Assembly (NCBI GenBank): GCA_004431415.1
Contig: QPMI01000438.1
Location: 1 to 36,859 of the forward strand
DNA: 36,859 bases
Direction of reading: 5' to 3'
Source: Cyanophora paradoxa CCMP329
Lineage: Eukaryota > Plantae > Glaucophyta
The number at the start of each line of letters is the position of its first letter. Position 1 is the stretch's first letter. The notes beneath the pieces were generated by a model. That model was not told where the DNA came from. It saw only the letters and a program-made list of their open reading frames with translations, and ran no database searches. A program made the position numbers and the translations under genes. Shown here piece after piece: positions 1 to 12,665 of the stretch.

Positions 1-1812
1 TTGATAGCAAAGAAACAAAAATCCACACCGGTGCATCGCTGTCGACTGTCAGCGTGACAGCGGCGGGCAAGGCCGGTCTGGTGACTTCAGACTCGTATCG
101 GCGCGACATTACCTCGCTATCAACGTCATGCCAGTTGATGCTGTTGCGGACGAAACGGGAATAGCTGCAAGCTTTGGCGAACACTCTCTTGAGCATTCTG
201 AAGGCCATTGCTGACGAAAGGCTACGTATACCGGGCTGAAGAGGTGTTGGGCTGACTTAATGTGGCGGGAAGAGTGGCGCATACTGATCGATACCCCCGC
301 AAGCAGTTGGACCCCCCCCCTCCCCCTCTTTGCGAGTTTTTCGACGCGTACAAGAAAACCCGAAGATGAACAGGCAAGCGACTCTCATGTGGTGCGTGCA
401 GCAGGCCAAGAAAGTACAGTTATTTCGCATCAGATGCACTCGCATGCACATATTCCAAAGTATTCGCATATCGGGTCGTTGTATCAACAAACTCTTCCTT
501 CGTTGATGTGCGAATGCGAAGAATGCGATGCAAGTTCGCCGTTTGCTGGACTCGAGACGTTCGTGGATACATCTGCGTTGTCATGATTAGTCAGCACCGA
601 ACACAACAGGCTTAGTGAAGCAACGAACAAAGAATAAGATTTGCGATCCTTCGGACCGTGATTAATTATTCTAGCAAGACATTCCCTGTTGTCGCATCGA
701 GGCTGCGTAGGTTCGAAACTGCGCCTTCAAAGACCAAAGCATAAGAAAGCACGCAAGTGGCGAGACCGATTGTAATTCGTAAAGATAATAGTGGCGCCAC
801 GTTGCGCAGTTTTTCGTAATGTGTTTATGCTTGCAAGACCACGAACGAGGTGGCTCGATAGACAAAATGAGCTTCACGCAGCAGTGAGTAGAGCGTTTTT
901 TTTGTATAATTCTGAGCAAGAAGAATGCGCAACTGTTCCAATTACGATACGCTTGGCTGCAATTGCACCCATTCTTGGAGGTCGAAATTGCAAGGGCAAC
1001 AAATGATTCGTATCGGAGAGTGCTCTCTCCAGTGCGATGAGGTTTCGGGCAGCTTGGAGATCTCTTACTGATGGTGAGGACGACGAGTTGACGAGTGTTG
1101 GAATCGAACGAGAATTGCGTGTTCGCGAAGCTCTCTTCGAGGAGTTTGCGGTATTGCTTGCGAGTCGAGGTGGAAGATCCGTGGCGCCAGAATGTCAAAT
1201 CTGCCTGAGCGTTCCGTGCGATAAAAGCTTAACTTGTACCGATGCATTAAGGTGCGATGATACAAAATGACATGAAGACGTGCAAGAGCGTCTTAGCGGT
1301 CTTCGTATTCCCAGCTGTGCTCGGCTGTTGTGCATGTAGAAGGAGACGAAGCGATCGGGATTCTTTCCAAAAACGCAGTAAAATACTCAACACACGATAC
1401 GTTCAGCGTCTGCAAATATGAACGGTCAGCCATTATATGTATAGGTAAATGACTTCATTTCGGAAAGAACCTCGTCATTCTCTCCGGCATTGAATCCAAT
1501 GCAACTAGGCATTGATTCAATGAGATCGACGAGTTTCTTGAAAGCTGAAATGGAGATTTTCCAGCCATGTGCTAGAATAACTTTTGTCACATCGTTGCCT
1601 TGAATGCTTCGTATAAATCGACGACTCACGAGCGCAAGTTTCAGAAGAACGCGGCATCTTCATCTGCATGCCTACCTCTGTGTCTTGTACGGGATGAGAT
1701 TTATTGACGAGTTTCAGGATTTCAGGGAACTTTCTTGACTCTCGTGCATCGGTTATCATTTGTGAAAGCTCTTTGTTCAGTCGAGTGTTTCGCACGGGAC
1801 GACATCGGGTGT
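1..1812 (-). CDS. Multi-exon gene of unknown function running off the left edge; possibly the 3' continuation of the gene at 1894-6050
   Basis: Minus-strand open segments bounded by GT..AG: ...LNKELSQMITDARESRKFPEILKLVNKSHPVQDTE|gtaggc, LALVSRRFIRSIQ...GFNAGENDE|gt, and MAFRMLKRVFAKACSYSRFVRNSINWHDVDSE near 30-210. Acceptor with ctaat branch point near 1813-1830. No domain recognised. Confidence 0.45.
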
Positions 1813-1893
1813 CTGCTTGTTGTAATTAGAATACGCAAGTAACATGCACTAGAAGCTTCTAGGTCTAACTATAATCAGCGGGCTTCGGCGGGA

Positions 1894-4800
1894 TCACTGA
1901 TCTACTTTGCTGCTAGCCTTTGCCCTTTTGTTTGCCGCTAGCGCTGCGGCGTCGGCCGCGGCCTCTGCCGCGGCCTCTGCGCGGCCTCTGCCGCGGCCTC
2001 TGCCGCGGCTCTGCCGGTTGATTCTTCGCTGGACAATTCGGTCGCAGCATCACGAGCCAGCTCACGCTTCTCTGAGACCGAAGCATGCTCGCGCCCTCCT
2101 CGCCTTGCTCGCCGCCTCCTCGCCTTGCTCGCCGCCTCCTCGCCTTGCTCGCCGCCTCCTCGCCTTGCTCGCCGCCCTCCTCGCTTGCTCGCCGCCCTCC
2201 ACGCCCTCCAGCATTGGACCTTTAAAAAAAGGTAATGTTTTCAAGCCCGATAAAGATGCGAATGCGAATATGAACGCCCACCTTTCTTATCGGCTTTTTC
2301 CGTTCTCCTCCTCTTGAGCTCCCTATCATCTTCATCTGCGGAATAGCATCGTTCAGTTGTAGCGCCGCGATTAGCGGAGCTAAATAAGAAGATGAACCGG
2401 CAGAATCCGGAGCTGCCGTGATAGTGAGCATTTGACTATCAGGTCCGTTCAAATTTTGGCAGGGCAAGGACCTGATTTGGAAATCGAGCTCGGGCCGGCC
2501 ACGGGGGCAGGAACCTGCGAAGACTTCTTGACCCATTCGTCCAGTTCCTTCCGGTCGAAAAAACGTCTTTTGAATGTGTCTGTCCTGATGAGCGAAAAAT
2601 CTGGTTAAAGCCTCCGAATTGGAGTTCAGCGAAGAGCTCACCAAGAGCTTGAAGTTGATCCTCGAAGTATTTGGGTTCGAGGAAATAAGCAGGGCGGTCT
2701 TCCGAGCTGAACTTCGCATCTTGCTTCGGAAGGAGATCATCAGCTTCTTTGAGCTCGTCGAGAGTCCAGAAGCCCACTGCAATAAAAGAATCATATAATT
2801 GTTAGCAAAAGTTGGAAACCTCTAGAGAATTGCATGTTATCAAGCAAACGAACCGTGAAACGAAGGCTGATTGCGTTCAACGAGTCCACAACCTCGCGTT
2901 CTGCACGAGAGAGCTTTCGCCAAGCATGCTCTTGCGGACGAGTGGATGGTATCCGACCGCGCCGAATATCACATCAATGTTTGGCTGGTCTGGAACACCG
3001 AATTGGGTTTCTGGTTCGTCGTCTTCTTCCGCATCCTCGCGACCGATGGCAAGCTGCGGCACGAGCACTCGTGTGATGCGGCCGAACAAGGCGCTTGATA
3101 TTGCCCATCTGCGCGTGCGTTATTTTAGATTGTCGAAGTGATTGAAGGCATGCGTAATGGCGCACTTGCCGAAGGCATGAAGAATCTCTGTAGCGAGAGG
3201 CCAATCAAAGAATCGATTTTCTTTGAACATGTTCATCTGCACGATTTCACCGGATTGCATGAACTTTGTAGAGCTGTAGGTCCATGGCCAGTCAAGAAAA
3301 ACAAAGCCTGGCAAGGACGCAAATGTGCGTACACCATCCTTATGCACAGGCGATACATAAGCCGAGCCTTCGACATCTTCTCGCCACGCTTCGCGTGGCG
3401 GGTGTGGATAACCGTAATCTGCGTCTCGGCATTTTCATCCCTGTAGCGGTGTCACCGGACGCAACAGGACATGTTAAGTAGAGAAGGCGCACAGCGCGTT
3501 GTGGACAACAAGGGCCTGCGGACACGTCTGGAAAATTTCTTTGGCAAGGCCCATGCAATGCTCACACTCCTCGAACGAAACCATGTGTTCTTTGTGCTTG
3601 TGTTTGGAAATCTGCTTGATCTTCGTGTTCGCCTCTCGCATATCATAAGCGGCGAAGCCATAGTACATGGCGTTGTAGTCCTCTTCCGTTACCTGGTCGT
3701 CCACCCGAGGCCCTCTGCTTTCTCTGTAGCCGGGCGCGAATCGTAGGACATAAAGAAAGCAGGCTGGAGATTCATTAAGAATAAATAAAGAAGTCTTCAA
3801 GCCTACCAAGAATGCAAAACGCACCAAGCCTTTCAAAGACGAAATAATTTCATTCTTCTCTTTCATGTTGTAAAACTTGAGCATCTGCTTCTTGTGGATG
3901 TCCTTCACCTCGTCGCTCGACAACTCCGGTCCAGAAACTGAAGCGATGGAGGTTACAAGGAATCCCAAACACAAAACAGGACTCACAACAAAAAAGTGTT
4001 GTTCCTGGCACAGAAGCCTTCAGCGCCTTCATCACAGGCCGAACCTTCGTGTTGGTCTGGGTGAACCACAAGTCAGATCACAGGCCGTAAAGCATGAAGG
4101 ATATAAAGATTGAGACCTCGTACACAGGTGCCAAAGAAACGCCGATTACTGATGAAGCGGTGAACCCGTGTTTCTCAGTGGACACGGCGCACATCGCGTC
4201 GACAATATGATCAGGTTCAGCAGCGTTCTGACGGAGCACACCGAGTGGCTCCGAAGTGAACCCCTTCAAAATATGCTCTCCATTGGAACGCGTTGCAAGA
4301 TGTCCTCTAGAAGAGCATGGAAAACCTGTTGGCACATACGAGATCTCAAGGGACGGATTCTGAGAAAGACAAACATGAAGAAACGCACAGAGCCATTCCT
4401 CGCCTGGGAGAAAATCCACTGTAGGACCCGCGGATCGAGGCAATTTGTAAAGCTTGCGAAATTCCGAGTCAGACTTCGCCGGTGGTCCACAGTTCTGGGT
4501 TCGGCTGTTTCCTGTGTCAAGACAGGGTGAGCAGTACGTCGACTTGCACCTGCCACGATGAATAAGTAGCGAATACGATCGCTTAAACTGCAGAAGCGCT
4601 TAACTTCTGCTTACCACTTATTGCCACAGCTGACAACTCGCTGACCTTCGGGCACCAAGAGCCCACACGCCGAACAAACGGCGTTCTCCGCAATGTTTTC
4701 AATGAAACTCGAAATCGGTTGTGCAGCCGAGACAGCAACAGCATCCGGGGCTGTGAATCGAGGTTTGAAACGGAATTCTTTTAACTATCTCTGACAAACG

Positions 4801-6050
4801 TGCACCTGCAATTTCACGACGTCCGTACTTCTCAAAATGTGTTTCATACTCTTGCAGTTCCTCTTCATCCCATGGTTCTGGCTTCTTGGCTGAGAAACAG
4901 TCAGAAATGCAAATCCCACATTGCCACTGCAAAACTGTCACGGAAAACGCACGTTCGAAGGGAGCTTTCCCGGCTCTTGAGGGTGTGGGCGAGGAAGATG
5001 GCGAGCGATGGGGCGTAGAAGAGCCGCCGGGCACGGCGAGGTGGAGCCGGCCCCGCCGCCAGTGGCGCCTTCTCCTTCTCCTTCTTTGCCCTTTTCTCCC
5101 TCGCCATCGCAACCAAACGCTTCGAACACGTCAAAAGCTCGTGCGTCGATTTACGAAGCTGAGCCAGCGCCTCCCTGCATTTGCTGATTTCCGCATCGGT
5201 GGTAGCGACTTCGAGACGCTGTTTCAAGTCTACGATGCTCGAAAAAGAGTGTGAGAAACGAGCCATTAAAAAATCGCCTTGCAACTCCCGAAAGAGTTGG
5301 TCTGCTTCTTGATTCATCCGATTTGCCTCGGGTTGGGCTGGTCCTGCCGCTGGTGCTTGGGCTGGTGGTTGGTCTCCGCCAGGTTTGTCGAAATCCGCTT
5401 GCGGCGCAGATGGGGATACGGAGGCACTCGCATCAGCGCTAGCTGCACCCCGGATGCTCCGGCCGCGGGTCCCTCCAACGGTAATATTCCAGCAGAAAGG
5501 TTTTCGGCTCCACCTGAAGACAAATCAGCCAAGACCAGCGCGATCCAAGACGATCCCACCTAGTGGTGGCCGGGTACTGTCTGAAAGTTGGGCTGTTTCT
5601 GCGAGAGAATTGACATCCTGTTGTATTTCGGGATCATGATCAGCATAGTAGTCGGGCAGAAAATGGAATGAATCTCCTAATTCGGTTATCTACTTGAAGT
5701 TCGTTAGGAACAGAGGTGCCAAGGCCTGACGGCCGAAAGAGCCGCGTCCGCAGTTGGTTCGCACCCGCGATTGCAATTGCTTGGGATCCTCGCCCGCGGC
5801 CGGATCCGGATCCATAGCAGCCGCGCGCGCCAACCGGGCTGCCGTGCCGCAACAAGTTCAGATTCTGTAGCTTGTCGTACTCGAAATGGAACGCGCCGTC
5901 AAAGTTCCAACCGGCGCGACCGTGCACGTTGAGAAGCGAGTTCAAAGCCACCGAAGATGAACTGCGCCAGAAGACAAAGCGTTTCATGCTCAGGTTATCC
6001 GAAAACATCACGCATAGGCGGAATACTCCGGGATCCGCACCAATCAAGAA
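1894..6050 (-). CDS. Large multi-exon protein with an ADD/PHD-like Cys8 zinc finger, a coiled coil and an acidic/Ala-rich repeat C-terminus
   Basis: Splicing GT-AG introns 4614-4550 and 4388-4326 gives in-frame VCSACGLLVPEGQRVVSCGNKWCKSTYCSPCL...EEWLCFPC. Further exons lie in ORFs 5640-6047, 4901-5317, 3474-3986, 3120-3347, 2877-3089 and 2439-2777. Putative stop TGA at 1896-1894 after ...AAAEAAADAAALAANKRAKASSKVDQ. The 5' end is uncertain. Confidence 0.6.
1955..2205 (-). repeat. Coding minisatellites: 12-bp unit (gccgcggcctct, AEAA) and 20/21-bp unit (ctcctcgccttgctcgccgc[c], EGGEQGE)
   Basis: Direct tandem copies at about 1955-2015 and 2095-2200; several units are 1 nt short of a codon multiple. 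Confidence 0.85.
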
Positions 6051-7430
6051 GATTAGCTATTCCGATTGACCACACTGATTGAACAAGTAGATGTAAAGCC
6101 GCCCGAATGACCACACTGAGCAAGTTGCGGCCCGGTTGCAAGTTGCGGCCGGTTGCCTTTTGGGGGGGTACCCGCACGCAGCCCGGGGCGACGGGCCGGC
6201 GGCGTGCCGGTACGGTGCGGACTCTACGCTGTGCGGACTCTATACTAGTTGGACCTTGCAGGCAACAGGAGAGCTAGTTGCAGTGCGGGCAAACATGCAT
6301 ATGCAGGCCGCCTCTCCCAAGCTAGTTACATCGCAGCTATAGCTAGCAGGAGAAGTTTTTCGGCCTACCGTCCATGTGACTAAGCGGTACACGAGGAGCA
6401 GCACTCCGGATTCCTCAGCCAGCCTTCAAACGACCATTTGCAGTTCGCGCGTACGAGCGGCCAGAAGCAGCCCCGGGCGCTTCGAAGAAAGGAAGAGGCC
6501 GGCTAGCTACCTTGCAGTCGCTCCCCGCCGCGACGATGCTCTCGCCAGCCGTACGTCGGCGACAAAAACCAATATGCATGCAAAAACGAGGTGCGCTGAG
6601 AAACCTACACTAGCTGCGGCTCAGAACGAACTCAACGATCTCTTTAAATCACATGCCGCTAACGTTGCGCTTGTCTGCGGCACCCCTCGAGCAGGTTTGG
6701 GTCACATCGCCAGAACCGTGCACTCGCAGCCACCGACAGCGATCTGCCTACGTATACGTATACGTGCGCACCGATCAGCAAAGCCAGAAACAAGCGGTCG
6801 TCGAGCGCACCAGGATAACAAGGCGCCGACGTGCCATAGCGGTCATTCTGTCCATTCCGGCGACGCTGTTTAGTCAGCTTATGTCGACACTGAAGTGGTT
6901 TTATACCGTAAAAGCGCACCGAGACCTGCCGCGGGCGCCGTGGTGGTGAGCTGGCTGCAGTCTTTCTCTTACCTGATCTGGTGGTGCAAAGTTAGGGCGC
7001 GAAGCGCAGTGCCTGGGCCGGGAGGCAGCACGAATAGTTTATATCTAACATTGAGAAAGCGAAGTACGCACGTCTGGGCGGCGGGGCTCAGTTTCCCGGC
7101 GGCGGTCCGGCCCGCTGCGCGGCGGCGAGGCCGGGCGCGCCACCCGCTGCGCGGCGGCGGGTCAGGTCTTGCACGGGGATAGTGCACATGCATACCAAAG
7201 TGGTGGCGTACCGTTAGAGGCACCTGGCGTCCGAGAAGAGCGAGGTGCGACGGAAACGCAATGGGGGAAAACTGATCTGGGAACGCGCGACCGCTTCCTG
7301 TGAGCGGAACAATCTATCATTCAACATTCATTCAGCTCGGACCCGCGGCCGGATCCCTCGAGGACTCAGTCAGGGCCAGCTCGTTGCAAGAGGCGAAAAC
7401 GAGGACGAAACGCCAGAGGCAGCTTGCAAG

Positions 7431-7478
7431 TTGCAAGGCGGTCTTGCAAGGCGGTCTTGCGCATGCAAGGCGGTCTTG
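7431..7478 (+). repeat. 13-bp tandem repeat (ttgcaaggcggtc) x3, upstream of the F-box-like gene
   Basis: Three copies; the third carries a 6-nt insertion (tgc becomes tgc-gca-tgc, 7458-7466). Confidence 0.8.
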
Positions 7479-7556
7479 TAAGCCGGCCTAGCGCTTTGGC
7501 TATAGCTAGGTTTTGACCCCGCTTGCACTGTACCCCAGCTGTTTTTTGGGGGCCAA

Positions 7557-10486
7557 ATGGCCGGGCCGCTTGTTGACCATGCCGGCGCCAGCGCTAGCTG
7601 TAGCGGGCCTGCGCCACGATCCGCATTGGCTGATGGCCGCGTGCGATCTTTATCAGACTTCCCTGAAGACCTCTTGATCAAGCTCACAACAGAAGTCGGC
7701 ATCGTCGACGCCTTAGGAAATGGCTCGATGAAGCTAAGCCGGTTCATGAAGCAAATCGTTGAAAAGCAAGCTTGGCCGGAGCTCCAGCTTACGTCGTGCT
7801 CTGCGTTCGGGCATGGACGATATGTGCAAGATGCCGTCTGGGCTCAAGTCTTGGACCGCTTGATTGCCAGCGCTCAAGATGGCCGCCTCAGTGTTCGGGA
7901 CTTGCAATTGAAGCGCAACGATTTCCCCGAAATGGCACCGTCTTCATTGCAAGGGTGCGCGCGGCGTCGACCTCGGGCAAACATGAAATTAAAATCGCAA
8001 TCGCAAAATCGCATGACCAAAGAGTTGCGTTCGAAAACAGATTCCTTCGCTACTTCGAATTTTATCTCAACAGCGTGCGGGTTTACAGGAAGTCCGAATC
8101 AGCCACCCTGACTTCGCTCGCAATCTGGCAGCGGGATCCCGCTGTAGGTAAGCCTCAGGCGCAATTCTCTAAAACGCAGATGTATGCAACTGAAGATTTG
8201 CACCTCAGGATTCCCTGGGAACTGAAGCGTAATGCGGTGGTACCGCCGAAGAAGTATCCAGCCCTACGCTTCAGTCCTGACGAATCTGAAACAATCGAAC
8301 TCGATCCCGACCCTGAACGTACTAACAGCAAAGATGACATTGACATTCCCTCTGACGACGTCGGCTCGCTTGGATCGTCCGCCGAAAACGAGCTCTGTGA
8401 CTGGATAACAAGCGCGTTTCACTGGATCCCCCGGACTTCACTCCGACGACTTTATGAGCGCGATGGCGAAGACTGCTTTATTCCACACCGTGCACTAGCG
8501 AGGCTGCTACTATTCGTACGGCACTGTATCCGCGGCATAGGTATATACAAGATATCCTGGCCAGTATCACGAGTTCGTCCTCAACACTACAACTGCTTTC
8601 AGTTGATCTGAACATTGATGTGATACGAAATAATTTCTTTGGAATGCCGCCACGTGCGTGTACGGGGCATTTCAGTTTTTGAAATATTGACCCTGGAAGC
8701 AGTCGGTACACGCCGGAAAAAGTTGTTCGAGGCACTCACCCGACTCGTTAAAATCGAACATCTCGATATATCTGGCAGTTTCGTCGTTGACGCCGAGTTC
8801 ATCACCGAGCTACACCAGAGTATCGAGCCATCTGCTTGCATTTGGCGGTCGCTTGGACTGTCAGTCGGAATTCTATCGAAGCCAGTTGACGGGCACGAGA
8901 ACAGCCGTCAGTTTAGAGCAGTGGAGTTCAATGCTTACAGAGAAACTGCGGTCCGGGCCGCTGAAACTATCGCTCGTCGGTTCCCCGCGCTGGAAGTGCG
9001 TGCTCGCTTCATTGCGTTGTTGTTTTCTGCACCTGTGGCTTATCATACTCGAGCAGGAGCTGAGATTTCTCACACCGCAAGCGTTCAAGGGAGTCCAGAA
9101 TATGGAGCAATACATAGCTCTCCCCAGCCGGGACTTACAGCACTATTTACCTTGAAAACGCTGAAGGCCCTTCAGATCGGTCCGCACATATCCCTTATAA
9201 TTACCGAGTTGTCCCTCCAGATTGGACGGAGCGTTAGATATCATATACTGACATTGTAGCGTTAGATATCTTTTCTCTAATAGACGCGAACCACGGGAGA
9301 GAGAGTTTCAGAACAAGCCCGATCAAGTACCTCTCCGTTATCGAATGTGACCGGCGGCAAGCGAGGGACCAACATAGCTCAGAAGCTTTGCGGGCGCTGA
9401 TAGCGGTCAATTTTGCGTCACTCGTGGCTTACTGTCCTGTGCGTTCGAATTCATGTGTTTAACTGCCAACGGGCGCACATGCAGTTGACGACTGTGCCTC
9501 CCCTAGGATTCTCTCAGACATCTCACCTTGATGAGCAAAACATGGTTTTCTATGAACATCATGACGTCTGTTGCCCTGATTACCAATTTAACGTCTCTCG
9601 TGCTCAACATCGACATGACGCATTCCGCGACTCCGCGCCCTAAAGGCTATCGCTGTTCTGGGTGCTTCCACCAACACGTAAACAACATGGACGATGAGCA
9701 GTTGTATCGAGAACGGGATCACAATTCGGCAGCGGCTAATCTGGAATCCCTGCAAATGATCCGAGCCTTGACCTACCTCGAGCTGAGGCTCTCAGGATGC
9801 AAGCATCGCCTTGTCAGCTTTTGGAAGCTCTCGTCCTCAAGAAAGTGTTCAATGCACTGAAAGCTGTTAAAACTTTCACTCTCAGCATACATCACACACG
9901 CATCGCATACGGACTTCCAAAATTGCAGAATGTCGACGTGTCAACGCCAACGTACGAGATCGGAACTGCACTTCAAGAGTTTGATAAAGCCGACGAATTA
10001 GTTGCACAGCAAGCAGCAGCGGTCATTTCGACGTATTCGGATAGAATCACATCATATCGTCGTGTTGGTAGTCTTCCAGTCGTTGAGGAGTGCAAGGCTA
10101 TTCAAAAGGCCAGCGCGTCGTTGGTGCAAGTTGGCCTATTTTTCAGCCCATCACGTCGAATGCGGAATTCGTACACAAGCGATTCTGCAGTATTGGCTGA
10201 TCTCGAACGTACTCTCGAACCGCTTCGCGGGCCCCTCCCCCTCCTCCATTGTGCCGCGCCCGCCGCGACATTTTTTTCAGGGCATCCCTCTTCCAGAATC
10301 CCAGCTATGCTGCGGCATGTCTTGTTGATTTCTTCTCCGGGATTTGCCTCAAACAGAACGATTTGTAGGACCTTCCGGCCCCTGGCGAGTGCATATTACG
10401 AAGCATCGACATCCAATGCTCACAACAAACGAGCACGAGAGACCGAGCTCTCGCTACGTCAACGACGCTCCTCGTTCTTTGTGTAA
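7557..10486 (+). CDS. F-box-like / LRR (FBXL-like) protein, multi-exon, with apparent frameshifts
   Basis: N-terminal LSDFPEDLLIKL (F-box-like start). LRR-like segments LVKIEHLDISGS, LKTLKALQIG, LTSLVLNI, LTYLELRLSGC, LPKLQNVDV. C-terminal block RRVGSLPV...TLEPLRGPLP aligns by eye with KRVGLVPV...ALQPLRPSLP of the gene at 25237-28012. Confidence 0.55.
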
Positions 10487-10652
10487 TCATCATGCTAAAT
10501 TTTAATTCAGGCTTTGGCTCCTGACGTGAAAAAAGCCTAGGAATGCTACTGAATATCTATATATAGCTATACGCAATCTTAACCGTGCGCGGCCGTGGGC
10601 CGGGCTAGTCACGCACTGTACTAGTCACGCACAGGAAGGGCACATGCTCGAC

Positions 10653-10830
10653 TTACGGGATCACCGAATCCCTCGCGACGTAGCAACGATGCAACCGGGC
10701 CGGGGTTGCACCTGTCATTTCAGTGACGCGTAGCGGGGAAGGCCGGCAATCCCCGAGAACGCGCACGTCGACAAAGCTGCCCTCGTTCTCGAGCCGCGGT
10801 AAACGTCGCGGCGTGTATAGAGCAATCAGC
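10653..10830 (-). pseudogene. Isolated fragment paralogous to the C-terminal part of the gene at 22119-25046
   Basis: ALYTPR...FVDVRVLGDCRPSPLRVT versus AFIPR...VLEVQVLGDSRPSPQGIT. DNA gcggggaaggccggcaatccccgagaac (about 10732) versus gcggggaaggccgagagtccccgagaac (about 22418). Confidence 0.5.
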
Positions 10831-11569
10831 GCTGTCGGCTCCGCTGTCGGCTGTCGGCTCCGGTGGATCTCTCCAGCGTCTTCAGGCCTTAACTTCGTCT
10901 TCGCCATGCTGCGCGCCGCGCAACGACTTGGACGAAACCGTGGCCGAGGCCGTGGCGCGGCTTTGCCGTCGGCGCCAGCTTCGCCGCCGCTGCTTCGCCG
11001 CAGCTTCGCCGCTTCGCGAGCTTCGCCGCTTCGGCCCATGAGGGGTACGAGGGGCTTCGGCCCGCGAGTCATGAAACGTGGCCGCGAAGTGGATGAAGCA
11101 CTGGCGAAAGTCGAACGGGCGGAGACGGAACTGGTCAAAGCGCGGGCTGAGCTCGCCGAAGTGCTGCTCGCGCTCGAGCGGCCGGCTGCGGCCACCACAC
11201 CGGAGACGGCGACCGCAAGCAGGGACATGGAGCTTGTCGAACTCATCGACATCACCGATTCCGAGTCCGATGAGCCAGGCCCTTCGACTCCGGCGGCCTC
11301 CTACTTGCATGTGAGCGCGTGCTTATCGGCGGGTGCCTGTCCCCCTTCACCCCTCTGCAGGAGATCCGGGCCAGGCGAAAACCGCTGTTGCACCGCCGGC
11401 GACACCGGCAGCGGTCATCCCTCCGGAGTCACTTGGGCGCCTGACAACCTTGACCCCTCTGCAGGAGATTCACGTCCTGAAGCAGGTGCTGGAACCGTGT
11501 CCGTCACCCGTCGCCAACGTCGCCTTCGCAAGGGGCGCCTGCCGTGCGCCCCGCCCCTTCCCCCCCCGG

Positions 11570-11930
11570 CGCGAGCCCGGAGCGCCGGCGATCAAGCGCG
11601 AGGCCGGAGCGCCGGCGATCAAGCGCGAGCACGAGGCATGCGCAGCGCCTCCGGCAGCGCCGCAGGCCGAGCCCGGAGCGCCGGCGATCAAGCGCGAGGC
11701 CGGAGCGCCGGCGATCAATTGCAAGCGTGAGCGCAAGGCAGCGCCTCCGGCAGCGCCGCAGGCCGCCGTGGTCAAGCGGGGCGCGCAGCGGAGGCGCCGC
11801 CGGCCGCGGCGACCGCGGCGGAGCGGCCGCCGCACTCCGCCCCGTCGGCCCGCCCCGTCTTCGTCAAGCGCGAGCCGGAGGCGCCGCACGCGGCCCGCCC
11901 CGTCTTCGTCAAGCGCGAGCCGGAGGCGCC
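11570..11930 (+). repeat. Coding repeats PAIKRE x4 and PVFVKRE x2
   Basis: ccggagcgccggcgatcaagcgcgag recurs at about 11577, 11604, 11673 and 11700; cggcccgccccgtcttcgtcaagcgcgagccggaggcgccgc occurs twice (about 11846-11932). Confidence 0.8.
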
Positions 11931-12579
11931 GCCCGCGCGCCGCGCCCCGCCCGGGGCACGCATCCTCCTCCCCTCCTCCGGCCCCCGCCCCCGCCGCGGC
12001 TGCCGCGCCGGCGGCGGCAGCGACAACGGTCATCGCGCCCGACGCACTCGTGCGCGCCTCTTCCTCCTCCGCCCCTCCCCGGCGCCGGCTGACCGCTCCA
12101 GGCGCTCCCGCAGGAGGTGCGCGTGCTGGAGCAGGTGCTCGAGCCGCGGCCCTCGCCCGTCGCCGCCCTCGCCTTCTCATGGGGCGCCTGCCGTGCGCCC
12201 CCCGTCCACCGGCCCCCGCGCGCCTCACGCCGCGCAGCGCTCTCGGGCCCCGCCGTGAGCGACTCCATCGTGAGCCTACACTGTTGTGGCAAGGCGCAGA
12301 AGTACCACTGGCGCCGGCCGGCGCCGGAGGAGGCCCCCGTGCAGGAGCCGCCGCCGCCAGGCCCCCTCGACATCGTCGGCATGGTCCCCATCGTGCGCCC
12401 CCGGGCCCTCTCCCCCCTTGCGCTGCGCCGCCTCACGGGCCCCGCAGGAGATCGACCTCGACATGGACCCCATCCTCGCCTGCCCCCGCGGGCCCATGGT
12501 CCCCGTGCCCCAGCCCGCCGCCCCAGCCCCCGGTGCGGCGGCTGCCGGCGCCGCCCCGGGCAGAGCGGCCTCGGTGGAG

Positions 12580-12586
12580 GTACCAG
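12580..12586 (+). repeat. Left target-site duplication GTACCAG
   Basis: Identical 7-mer immediately outside both TIRs (12580-12586 and 19497-19503). Confidence 0.93.
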
Positions 12587-12619
12587 TACACCGGCACTTT
12601 TCCGCCAAGCACCGAAATC
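12587..12619 (+). repeat. Left terminal inverted repeat (33 bp)
   Basis: tacaccggcacttttccgccaagcaccgaaatc is the exact reverse complement of 19464-19496. Confidence 0.95.
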
Positions 12620-12665
12620 GGTGTTTTCGGTACATTTCGTTACCGAATTTTTCCGACTTTTACCC

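Noticed and set aside
1560-1660. LALVSRRF as the end of a fifth F-box
   Set aside because: The upstream exon lacks a properly spaced LP-x-E-I core; the match is too short.
6376-6949. Plus-strand ORFs between the divergent genes
   Set aside because: No convincing start, splice pattern or domain; could be intergenic or decayed sequence.
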